From: a virus
Lineage: Duplodnaviria; Caudoviricetes
Virus record (IMG/VR): IMGVR_UViG_3300044674_000260
Coordinates: 1-56,298 of that record
Strand: one strand, 5' to 3'
DNA length: 56,298 bases
Every line of letters starts with the position of its first letter. Positions within the stretch are counted from its first letter, which is position 1. Below the pieces are notes generated by a model. It made no database searches. It saw only the letters and a program-made list of their open reading frames with translations, and was not told the origin of the DNA. A program made the translations under genes and the position numbers. Positions 38,460-47,144 of this stretch are shown here, in pieces.

Positions 38460-41348
38460 ATGCCCGAGATTCAGCTTGAAATTAGACCCGGAGAGTTCAT
38501 TCCTTTTGAAATCAAAGGGGATAAACCAACGTATCCTGAGATGTTGCAAGCTGAACGTTTAATCAAGCAAATGGACAAGCCAGTTTCTCCACTTGCCACT
38601 AGAGATGAAACGCCAATCGACAGAGATACTGGCATTCAAGAATCAAAGCTGCGCCGTCAGTTGGCTCGTGCTGAAACGGGCGGTGAAGAAGAAGCTGTTC
38701 TTTCCAAGTATGGATTCCGCGAAGGCGATTATATCCGCGATAGCCGTGGTAATCTTGCTTTAACACCAAAAGGTGCTGCGTTAATCGGCGTAGATACTGA
38801 CAAGCCCATAGCAATTGATGAAAGCGGTTTCTCTCTTATGGACCTACAAGACTTTGTGGGGGCTGCGGGTGAAGAAATCGTCGGTGGTGTTGCAGGTGCG
38901 CTTGCAGGGCAAGCAGTAATCCCTGTGCCGATTTTAGGTGCGGTTATCGGTGCTGGACTTGGCACTGGTGCAGGTAAAGCTGTTGAGGAAACCACAGAGG
39001 CGTTACAGGGCGTACAGCGTCAAGAATTAGGTGACATCGGCGGTGACATCTTAACGGAAGCTGCCATTGGTGCTGCGGGTGAAGGTATCTTTGGTCTTGT
39101 TGCAAGAGGCTTTGGCGGGATAGCAGGTCGTGGTGGTGTTGGTGGCAAGTTGACACCGCAAGCGCAGCAAGAAGTCGCGGAAGCCATAGGCTCTAATTAT
39201 AAGCCATCTATCTCAGCCATGGGCGGTCCATCATTGATTGGTCGTCAGCAAGCAATGTCAGAAAAGGCATTAGGCACATCTAAGCGTCTTAGAGACAACC
39301 ACGATCAAATCATGGAAGACTTAGCAAAGCTGAGATCATATGGTGCTGAAGGCGGCATGGACATTGACCGCACAGCGGCGGTTTTGACAAACGCCGTTAA
39401 GTCAGGCGACACCGCACTGTTGCAAGCTGAAAAGAACATGACGAACAATCTCATCAAGCACATGGATGACATTGCGGTTCAAATGGGCAAGGCAGCGAAA
39501 AAAGACACTACACTTAACACAGACATTCAGAATGCGTTCGTAGGCGCATTTAAGGCATTCGATGAAGAAGTTCAAAAGAAATATGCTAATATTGAAAACC
39601 TTACCAATAGCGCAATTGGTGATGCTGCACTGTTCAATACACGAGGCTTGAAGCAAAATGCTCAAGTTGAGTTGGATCGACTAACAGCCGCAGGCAGTGG
39701 CAATCTGGGAAAGTCTAGGCAAGCTGTTGAAGAACTTATGAAGTTGCCAGATGATGCGTCATTCACTCAAATCTATAAAGCTCGCAAGGCTTTGAATGAT
39801 ACTTGGATGGGTAACTATGGATCGGACAGTGTTAAGCTAATGAAGGACAAGTTCCTTGATAAGTTGGACGCATTCATTTCTCCTCAAGCTGTTGAAAACG
39901 CATTCCGTCGCAAAACCTTCCGCGACATGATGGAATCTGGTGCAGCAACGGCTGAAGACAAAGCATTAATGAAGACGGTTTCAAAGGAAATACCTAAAGT
40001 TCGTGACTTCTTTAGCAGAGGCATGGATGCGTTCGAAAAAACATCTGGTGCGGCAAGCCTTAAAAGCCTGAATAATGCTGTTAAGGGCGGCAAAGAGCTA
40101 AACCCACAGGGTGCATACAACCGCTTGATCCGTGATGATAACCCAAAACTGTTGCAAGATGCGCAGTCAGTTATAGAAACTAATCTAGGCAAAGGCGCAT
40201 TTGATGACATTCGCAACCGTGCCGCAGGTGAATGGTTGCGTAAAGCGATGCGTGAATCTGGATCAACTTTGGACTCCACGAGAAAGTTTAGTGGCAGCAA
40301 GTTCAAGGAAAAGCTGGAGGCGCTGGGCACAACAACCGATGAATTGTTCGGGTCACAAGCAAAAGAAGTCAAAAAGCTGGCTGATCAGCTAGATTCTTTG
40401 TCATTAACTCGGATTGATCAAAGCGTCATTGATGACTTTATTGCATCCGGGGCTGATGAAGCTGGGGTTAATCTTCTTAGAAATGTTCGGGATATTATGA
40501 AGGAGAAGGCTGACTTTGATGCAGTTCAGGTCGCTCGCAAACTTCGTAGCGGCAACATTACATCAAGTGAAGCTGCCGATCTTCTCGCAAGTCCCTCTAT
40601 GCGTGGCGATGACATCACGCAGCTAGGCAAGTTCTTCAAGGACAAGCCTGCGGAACGCGCAGAGTTGCAGTCATACTATATGCAGAGCCTAATTGGTGAC
40701 TTCGAAGATACATTCCTAACAGACAAGAAAGCATTCAAGCTGCTATCTAAGCGGATCGAACAGGCCAAAAAGTCTGGTAAGATTGATGCGCTGTTTGATC
40801 CAGAAGATGCAAAAGCCATTGGCCTGTTTGGTCAAAACATGAAGGTTCTTGGTGTATCTGCTGAAGGTGGTGATCTGGTTGCTGCTAACATTGCAGCAAG
40901 TCCACTAGAGAATTTAGGAACACTTGCTCGGCTTAGTGTCGTAGGTCGTGTGTTATCCACAGGCCCGTTCTATACAACTTTCATGAAAAAGTATGGACCG
41001 CAGGCGGCAACACAAAAAACTAAAGCTGGGAAAATGAGAGTTTTTTTAGAAACGCTAAACGATGTTCTTGGTGCAGCGGCTCGTCAGCAGACTGCTCGTG
41101 GTATCGCAGGCGTTACGTCTTCATTAGGCTCAGAAGCAGAGCGCCTTGCAGAAGGATTAAGCGAGCAGATGGAGTCTCGTGTCCCGGCAGCGCCACAAAT
41201 AACCCGAACAACTATTCCAGTTCCTGAAGTTGCCCCAGTAGATACCCCCAGCCTACCGCAAAGCTCCAGTATTCGTGAGCAGGCAAAGCAAAACCCAGCA
41301 GTGGCAGCGACACTACTGGGCGGACTTGGCAATATGGGACTGCTCTAG
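38460..41348 (+). CDS. large putative ejection protein
   Basis: 962 aa, Gly-rich TM-like segment, last gene of virion block. Confidence 0.6.
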   Translation: MPEIQLEIRPGEFIPFEIKGDKPTYPEMLQAERLIKQMDKPVSPLATRDETPIDRDTGIQESKLRRQLARAETGGEEEAVLSKYGFREGDYIRDSRGNLALTPKGAALIGVDTDKPIAIDESGFSLMDLQDFVGAAGEEIVGGVAGALAGQAVIPVPILGAVIGAGLGTGAGKAVEETTEALQGVQRQELGDIGGDILTEAAIGAAGEGIFGLVARGFGGIAGRGGVGGKLTPQAQQEVAEAIGSNYKPSISAMGGPSLIGRQQAMSEKALGTSKRLRDNHDQIMEDLAKLRSYGAEGGMDIDRTAAVLTNAVKSGDTALLQAEKNMTNNLIKHMDDIAVQMGKAAKKDTTLNTDIQNAFVGAFKAFDEEVQKKYANIENLTNSAIGDAALFNTRGLKQNAQVELDRLTAAGSGNLGKSRQAVEELMKLPDDASFTQIYKARKALNDTWMGNYGSDSVKLMKDKFLDKLDAFISPQAVENAFRRKTFRDMMESGAATAEDKALMKTVSKEIPKVRDFFSRGMDAFEKTSGAASLKSLNNAVKGGKELNPQGAYNRLIRDDNPKLLQDAQSVIETNLGKGAFDDIRNRAAGEWLRKAMRESGSTLDSTRKFSGSKFKEKLEALGTTTDELFGSQAKEVKKLADQLDSLSLTRIDQSVIDDFIASGADEAGVNLLRNVRDIMKEKADFDAVQVARKLRSGNITSSEAADLLASPSMRGDDITQLGKFFKDKPAERAELQSYYMQSLIGDFEDTFLTDKKAFKLLSKRIEQAKKSGKIDALFDPEDAKAIGLFGQNMKVLGVSAEGGDLVAANIAASPLENLGTLARLSVVGRVLSTGPFYTTFMKKYGPQAATQKTKAGKMRVFLETLNDVLGAAARQQTARGIAGVTSSLGSEAERLAEGLSEQMESRVPAAPQITRTTIPVPEVAPVDTPSLPQSSSIREQAKQNPAVAATLLGGLGNMGLL

Positions 41349-41578
41349 TCTTCGATAACTGATGCGATACCGCCAATGCCAACTGCGGCAGGGCGGTATG
41401 ACTGCCTTGCATTCTCACGCGCTTGAATCTCATCGTGTGCTTCGTCAATCATACGCGATAGCTGTCGTCCGATAGCGCGATCTTCTTTTTCTGCGATATA
41501 AACTAATTTGTCGTAAGCCTCTATTGAAACACCGACTGATTTGTATTTTACTGGATTTGGCATGGAGGGCTTTCCCAT
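41345..41578 (-). CDS. ribbon-helix-helix (Arc/CopG-like) regulator (alternative start 41563)
   Basis: YKSVGV strand then AYDKLVYIAEKEDRAIGRQLSRMI helices; divergent from replication genes. Confidence 0.65.
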   Translation of the reverse strand: MGKPSMPNPVKYKSVGVSIEAYDKLVYIAEKEDRAIGRQLSRMIDEAHDEIQARENARQSYRPAAVGIGGIASVIED

Positions 41579-41580
41579 AA

Positions 41581-41955
41581 ATGACGTTTCCTACTGTATA
41601 TAATCCCAAGCGGCGTGGGTCAAGACCCAAGTACGGCAACAAGAAAGTAACTGTGGACGGTATCAAGTTTGATTCCAAGTGGGAGTCAGAGCGTTACCTG
41701 TATCTCAAATCTCTCGAACGCGCAGAGCGTGTCAAAGACCTTGAGCTACAAGTGCGATACAACATAGCAGTCAACGGTGAAAAGATTTGCGCATACATTG
41801 CAGACTTCCGCTATCAGAAGCAGGACAAGAACGGTGACTGGTACGAAGTTGTCGAAGATGCCAAGGGCGTCGAAACCCCTGAATTTAAACTGAAAAAGAA
41901 ATTAATGAAGGCCGTCCACGGCATAGAAATATTTTTATCTAAAAAAAGTCGTTGA
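41581..41955 (+). CDS. DUF1064-like PD-(D/E)XK endonuclease
   Basis: KYGNKK, FDSKWE, YIADFRY, VEDAKG motifs. Confidence 0.85.
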   Translation: MTFPTVYNPKRRGSRPKYGNKKVTVDGIKFDSKWESERYLYLKSLERAERVKDLELQVRYNIAVNGEKICAYIADFRYQKQDKNGDWYEVVEDAKGVETPEFKLKKKLMKAVHGIEIFLSKKSR

Positions 41956-42010
41956 CATATCCCAAGCCATATGGGACAAGGGGGTTCTAGTAATTTAAAG
42001 CGGAAAGGAA
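41952..42010 (+). promoter_or_regulatory. promoter with TCCCA/TGGGA boxes
   Basis: TTGACATATCCCAAGCCATATGGGAC...TCTAGTAA...AAAGGA. Confidence 0.55.
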
Positions 42011-42015
42011 TCGAC

Positions 42016-42414
42016 ATGAATAGTCGTGAACTGTTCGAACGTCGAGAAGAACTCAAGTACGTGATTGCGGACTTGAAGGTCGAACTCAAAGATGTCGAAC
42101 AACAAATCTCAGATATGTTCTTAGACCAAGCCCGTGACGCGTTACGCGCAGACGGTAAAGACTTTGGCACCACATATATTGTTGCGGGTAATCGTAAGCT
42201 CAAAGCTACGGTGCGCAAGAAAGTTGTGTGGGACCAAGACGAGCTTGGTAACGTGTTGCAGTCCATGCCAGAGCAGGACGCACGTCACTATGGAAAACTT
42301 ACGCTTGCAGTAGACGAGCGTAAATACACAGCCGCACCACCTGCCATTCGAGACATTCTCGAACCATGCCGTATCGTGGAAGTTGGTGGTTTCTCAATTG
42401 AAGAGGTAGACTAA
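42016..42414 (+). CDS. hypothetical replication-module protein
   Basis: AAAGGA RBS; KKVVWDQ motif. Confidence 0.7.
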   Translation: MNSRELFERREELKYVIADLKVELKDVEQQISDMFLDQARDALRADGKDFGTTYIVAGNRKLKATVRKKVVWDQDELGNVLQSMPEQDARHYGKLTLAVDERKYTAAPPAIRDILEPCRIVEVGGFSIEEVD

Positions 42415-43286
42415 TGGCCCTACAAATTATCACAGCCGATCAACGCCTAGCTGAAAAGAAAGGCCACAAGATCGTAGTATGCGGTGCAAGCGGTGTGGGC
42501 AAAACCACATTGGCTCGTACCCTAAATCCTAGCACCACTCTGTTCTTGGACTTGGAAGCAGGCGATGCCGCTATCGAAGGGTTCCCTGTTGACGTATTGC
42601 GTCCAAGAACATGGCAAGAGTGTCGTGACCTCGCATGTTTCATTGGGGGTCCAAATCCCGCGTTGAGCGAAGATCAACCATACAGTCAAGCACACTACGA
42701 TTACGTCGTGTCGATGTTTGGCGACAGCGTGGAGATCATGCAGAAGTATGATACGCTCTTTGTAGACTCTATCACAGTTGCAGGACGTTTATGCTTTCAG
42801 TGGTGCTTACAGCAACCAGACTCACGCTCAGAGCGTTCTGGTAAGCTAGACACCCGTGCAGCCTATGGCATGCATGGTCGTGAGATGATGTCTTGGCTAA
42901 CTCATTTGCAGCACATCCGCGAGAAAAATGTGATTTTCGTTGGCATCCTTGACGAAATCACAGATGATTATGGGCGTAAGCAATACGCTCTACAGATCGA
43001 AGGCAGCAAGACAGGGCGTGAATTGCCCGGGATTGTTGACGAAGTGATCACAATGGCTGTTCTTACAGGTGACCACGGTCAGTATCGTGCGTTTATCTGT
43101 CAGCCTCTGAACGAATGGGGTTACCCTGCGAAAGATCGCTCAGGTCGCCTCGACGTATTGGAAGAGCCAAACCTTGGGAAACTGATGGACAAAATGTCCA
43201 GTGGCTCTCCAGACCAACCAAAGGATTTAACATTCGTTGATCCTGCAACTCAAAACTCTAGCGAAGAGGAGCAAGTAAATGCTTAA
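42414..43286 (+). CDS. AAA_24/Sak4-like ssDNA-annealing ATPase
   Basis: GASGVGKT Walker A, LFVDSIT Walker B, AKDRSG. Confidence 0.85.
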   Translation: MALQIITADQRLAEKKGHKIVVCGASGVGKTTLARTLNPSTTLFLDLEAGDAAIEGFPVDVLRPRTWQECRDLACFIGGPNPALSEDQPYSQAHYDYVVSMFGDSVEIMQKYDTLFVDSITVAGRLCFQWCLQQPDSRSERSGKLDTRAAYGMHGREMMSWLTHLQHIREKNVIFVGILDEITDDYGRKQYALQIEGSKTGRELPGIVDEVITMAVLTGDHGQYRAFICQPLNEWGYPAKDRSGRLDVLEEPNLGKLMDKMSSGSPDQPKDLTFVDPATQNSSEEEQVNA

Positions 43287-43899
43287 TCTAAACAATGTAC
43301 CCGCAGACGATAACCCACAAGAGCGTGAGTTCTCGCTAATCCCTAACGGCACAATCTGCCGCGCAGTCATGGTCGTCAAGCAAGGCGACATGGAAATCCC
43401 TGAGTTCGGTCAAGGCGCATGGTTCAAGAAGTCCATGTCCACAGCGGCAAAGTGGATGGAACTTGAGTTCACAATCGTGGGCGGTGAGTATGATCGTCGC
43501 AAGTTCTGGGACCGTGTGTTTGTCGATGGCGACAAGATGGGTCAGAGCGGTATTCCACAAGCCAAAGAGATTGGTTTGCGTACACTGAAGTCTTTGATCG
43601 AAAGTGCGCGTAACATTGATCCTGCGGATATGTCACCAGAAGCGCAGCAAGCTCGTAACATTTCTGGCGTTTTTGACTTAAACGCATTAGAAATCTGTGC
43701 TAAGGTCGGAATCAAGAGGGGCACAAACGGTTACTCTGATAGTAATCGTCTAGTCGCTGCCCTGACACCTAATTCGCGGGAGTTCGTTCCAAGTGGACAA
43801 GCTCCAGTAATGCAGACCCCTGCGGCTGCTCAGACAATGCAAGCTGCCCCCGCGCAGCCTCAAGCGTCTGGTGCTGTTCCGTCATGGGCGCAACGCTAA
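43279..43899 (+). CDS. putative ssDNA-binding protein (DUF669-like)
   Basis: LEFTIVGGEYDRRKFW; flexible tail ending PSWAQR; follows Sak4. Confidence 0.7.
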   Translation: MLNLNNVPADDNPQEREFSLIPNGTICRAVMVVKQGDMEIPEFGQGAWFKKSMSTAAKWMELEFTIVGGEYDRRKFWDRVFVDGDKMGQSGIPQAKEIGLRTLKSLIESARNIDPADMSPEAQQARNISGVFDLNALEICAKVGIKRGTNGYSDSNRLVAALTPNSREFVPSGQAPVMQTPAAAQTMQAAPAQPQASGAVPSWAQR

Positions 43900-43993
43900 T
43901 CTAGCGGCAAGGCCAATCCGCGCCTGCTAGACCACGGGTAGGGGGGCCGTGGGCCGCAATCCCCCCTCACTTTTCTAGCGAATAGGTGTTCCA

Positions 43994-45688
43994 ATGTTAT
44001 TACGTCCCTACCAAGAGGTAGCCGTCAACGACGCACTCAGTGCCCTCGACAAGCACGGCAATACCCTAGTTGTCGCACCAACAGGTGCAGGCAAAACCAT
44101 CATGCTCTCTGCGCTCGTAGGCAAGCGTCACAAGAAGGGCAAAAAGATTCTTGTCGTCCAACACCGCGACGAACTTGTTGAGCAAAACGAATCCAAGTTC
44201 AAAAAGGTAAATCCCCTGATGACCACCAGTATCGTCAACGGTACGGTCAAGCATTGGGAAGGAGATGCAGTGTTCTCAATGGTGCAAACCATTTCGCGTG
44301 AACGCAATCTCGCACAACGTCCCAAGTTCGATATGGTCGTCATTGACGAAGGCCACCATGCAGCGGCTCCCACGTATCGTCGTGTGATTGACGCGATCCT
44401 TGAAGACAACGACACAGCAGAAATCGTGGGCTTCACAGCTACACCTAACCGTGGCGATGGCAAAGGCTTACGATCAGTTTTCAATAACTGCGCACACCAG
44501 ATCGAACTAGCAACGCTTATCCACGAAGGTTACCTCGTGCGCCCCAAGACGTTTGTCGTTGATCTTGGCGTAAACGATGACCTGAACAAAGTCACCAAGC
44601 GGGGCAAAGAGTATGACATGGAAGAGGTCGCCGCGATCATGGACCGCCAAGTCATTAACGATAGAATTGTTCGGGAATGGCAAGAGAAGGCAGGTGATCG
44701 TAAGACCGTTGTGTTCTGCTCCACAGTCAAACATGCCGAACATCTTTGTGAAGCATTCCTGCTCGCAGGCGTTAAAGCTGATTACGTCACAGGAGAGACA
44801 GACAAAGCCGAGCGTGAGCAAATGCTGCATGACCTAGAGCATGGCGAAACGCAGGTGATTGTGAACGTAGCGGTGCTTACAGAGGGTTTTGATGCCCCGC
44901 CAGTCTCTTGCGTCGTCCTGACGCGCCCATGCTCCCAGAAGGGCACTATGGTGCAGATGATTGGTCGTGGGCTGCGCATCGTTGATCCAGAGCTATATCC
45001 GAACACAGTTAAGACAGACTGCATCGTTATGGACTTTGGGACGTCCGTTATTACGCACGGTTCACTTGATGACACAGCCAACCTAGATGGCGCAGTCAAG
45101 CGAGAGGGTGGCGAAGCCCCAGTAAAGGTATGCCCAGAGTGTGAAGCTGAAGTAGCACCAACCACACGCGAATGCCCATTCTGCGGTCATATCTTCCAGA
45201 AATCTGAAAAGGATGTACTCGAAAACTTTGTGATGACCGAGTACGATCTAATGAAGATGTCGCCATTCTTGTGGATCGAACCGTTCCCAGAAAGCGACAT
45301 TATGATGGCTCTAGGATTCAAAGGTGTTGTCTGTATCGCTCCGCTATATGTCAATGACTTTTGGGTTGCTATGGTCAAGCCCCAGTCCATGCCAGTGCGC
45401 ACAGTCGCCATTGGTGATAAGATCAACGCAATGCGAGCAGCAGATGACTTCCTGCGTGAGATCGAAGATGACAACGCAGCAAACAAAACCAAGCGTTGGC
45501 TGAACCAGAAAGCATCGGCAAAGCAAATCCAATTGCTGAGAGATGCAGGCGTCGAAGTAAACGTCATGGACTTTTCATGGACCAAGTATCGCGCAAGCTG
45601 CGCTCTTGGATTCCTATGGACCGAGCATCGTTACAAGGCGCATTACAATCAAGCACAACAAAAAATCATGCAACAGGCGGCAGAATGA
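43994..45688 (+). CDS. superfamily 2 DEAD/DEAH helicase with zinc ribbon
   Basis: LRPYQ, APTGAGKT, DEGHH, TATP, LTEGFD, QMIGRGLR, CPEC...CPFC. Confidence 0.92.
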   Translation: MLLRPYQEVAVNDALSALDKHGNTLVVAPTGAGKTIMLSALVGKRHKKGKKILVVQHRDELVEQNESKFKKVNPLMTTSIVNGTVKHWEGDAVFSMVQTISRERNLAQRPKFDMVVIDEGHHAAAPTYRRVIDAILEDNDTAEIVGFTATPNRGDGKGLRSVFNNCAHQIELATLIHEGYLVRPKTFVVDLGVNDDLNKVTKRGKEYDMEEVAAIMDRQVINDRIVREWQEKAGDRKTVVFCSTVKHAEHLCEAFLLAGVKADYVTGETDKAEREQMLHDLEHGETQVIVNVAVLTEGFDAPPVSCVVLTRPCSQKGTMVQMIGRGLRIVDPELYPNTVKTDCIVMDFGTSVITHGSLDDTANLDGAVKREGGEAPVKVCPECEAEVAPTTRECPFCGHIFQKSEKDVLENFVMTEYDLMKMSPFLWIEPFPESDIMMALGFKGVVCIAPLYVNDFWVAMVKPQSMPVRTVAIGDKINAMRAADDFLREIEDDNAANKTKRWLNQKASAKQIQLLRDAGVEVNVMDFSWTKYRASCALGFLWTEHRYKAHYNQAQQKIMQQAAE

Positions 45689-45849
45689 TAAAGCTAATTA
45701 CGGTACGAGATGGAGAGACTGGACCCGTCGTTTACATGTGGGTAGACGGCAAAGAGGTCGGTCATGTAGAGTTAACCACAAGGGTCACGGCTAATTTAAT
45801 CTCTGATTTAGCCAAACGCATTGTGGAGAAACCAAATGCCGAGATTTGA
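45685..45849 (+). CDS. small hypothetical protein
   Basis: ATGA coupling with helicase stop. Confidence 0.5.
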   Translation: MIKLITVRDGETGPVVYMWVDGKEVGHVELTTRVTANLISDLAKRIVEKPNAEI

Positions 45850-46141
45850 AATGTACCTCATGATTGCAGAAAAGAGTGAGGAGAATATCGAAACATCTGA
45901 AATTGAGATGGTGTGTTGGGTCAATGATCCAGAAGATTTAAGCGAAGTCCAAGAGGTGGCGAACGAAGTTATCGAAGAGCACATCTATGATGCAGAGCAC
46001 ACGGTTCTGTTTGGCACAGCCACAGTCATCATCAAAGGATCAGAAGTATTAAACATTGGCTTCAGAAATAAAGATGCAGACCCAGAAGAAGTAAATGAAG
46101 TCATAGAATTGTTCGGGTCACGAGAGGAGACAGTACATTGA
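45836..46141 (+). CDS. acidic hypothetical protein
   Basis: GGAG RBS before MPRFEMY. Confidence 0.6.
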   Translation: MPRFEMYLMIAEKSEENIETSEIEMVCWVNDPEDLSEVQEVANEVIEEHIYDAEHTVLFGTATVIIKGSEVLNIGFRNKDADPEEVNEVIELFGSREETVH

Positions 46142-46362
46142 CAGTGCCATCAGCACCAAAGCCAATCGAAGAATTGGCGCATATACTAGGAAAGTTTGGG
46201 TGGGACACACGGTTTTCTGACTTAACAGAAGATCAAGTCCACACACTAATCTTTGGATTACAGGAAGCAGAACGTCTAGCAGCGGAGATCAACATTGGAA
46301 AGCTCGAAGAAACCTACTTTAAGTCAACAGGCACTTGGCCTTCTACATCAATCCCCTTCTAA
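46138..46362 (+). CDS. hypothetical protein
   Basis: GAGGAG RBS, TTG start, ends IPF. Confidence 0.6.
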   Translation: MTVPSAPKPIEELAHILGKFGWDTRFSDLTEDQVHTLIFGLQEAERLAAEINIGKLEETYFKSTGTWPSTSIPF

Positions 46363-47077
46363 AGAAGACCCAGTTGTTGATCACATCAAGGCAGCGATAG
46401 ACAATGCCATCGTCGCAGGCGAAAAGAAACGCGAACGACGCAAGTACATTGGCGCATCTAGTATCGGTGATGAATGTCAGCGCAAGATACAGTATCGCTA
46501 CCTCAACTATCCTGTAGACCCAGACAAAGAGTTCAGCGCACAAACGCTGCGCATCTTTCAGTTCGGTCACGAGATCGAAGATTACGCGGCTAAGTGGATC
46601 AAGGATGCAGGGTTCGATCTGCGCACAGAAGATACACAAGGCGAACAATTTGGGTTCTCAATCGCTGATGATCAAATCAGAGGCCACATCGACGGTGTAG
46701 TCTGTGACGGTCCTGTTGCCATGGGCTATCCATGTTTGTGGGAAAACAAGTCAGCAAACGAAAAGAAGTTTCAAGCATTCGTGCGTCATGGTGTTGCAAA
46801 AGCCAACCCCGTGTATGCAACGCAGATTGCTTTGTACCAGACGTATATGGAGCTAACGGAAAACCCTGCGCTCTTCACAGTGGTCAATAAAAATACGTCT
46901 GAAATATACTATGAGCTAGTGCCGTACAATCCTGTTCTGGCACAAGAAGCGAGTGATCGCGCAGTGAATATCTTGACGGCTGCGAAAGCGGGTGACATTC
47001 TACCCCGCATAGCGCAAAGTAAAGACTTTTTTCTGTGCAAATTCTGCGAGTTTCGTGAGACTTGTTGGAATGAATAA
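46295..47077 (+). CDS. Cas4-like/PD-(D/E)XK exonuclease
   Basis: YIGASSIGDEC, GHIDG, WENKS, Q...Y, CKFCEFRETC. Confidence 0.85.
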   Translation: MESSKKPTLSQQALGLLHQSPSKEDPVVDHIKAAIDNAIVAGEKKRERRKYIGASSIGDECQRKIQYRYLNYPVDPDKEFSAQTLRIFQFGHEIEDYAAKWIKDAGFDLRTEDTQGEQFGFSIADDQIRGHIDGVVCDGPVAMGYPCLWENKSANEKKFQAFVRHGVAKANPVYATQIALYQTYMELTENPALFTVVNKNTSEIYYELVPYNPVLAQEASDRAVNILTAAKAGDILPRIAQSKDFFLCKFCEFRETCWNE

Positions 47078-47144
47078 AAAAAATGGGGTGCGCTACTAAC
47101 GCAACCCCATATGTAGTGGTTTGTTTGGGTATGGAAACAAGATA

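Noticed and set aside
46295-47077. Cas4-like nuclease as part of the RNA-guided locus
   Set aside because: Sits 6 kb away in the usual Sak4/SSB/helicase/primase context where solo Cas4-like exonucleases are common; no link visible
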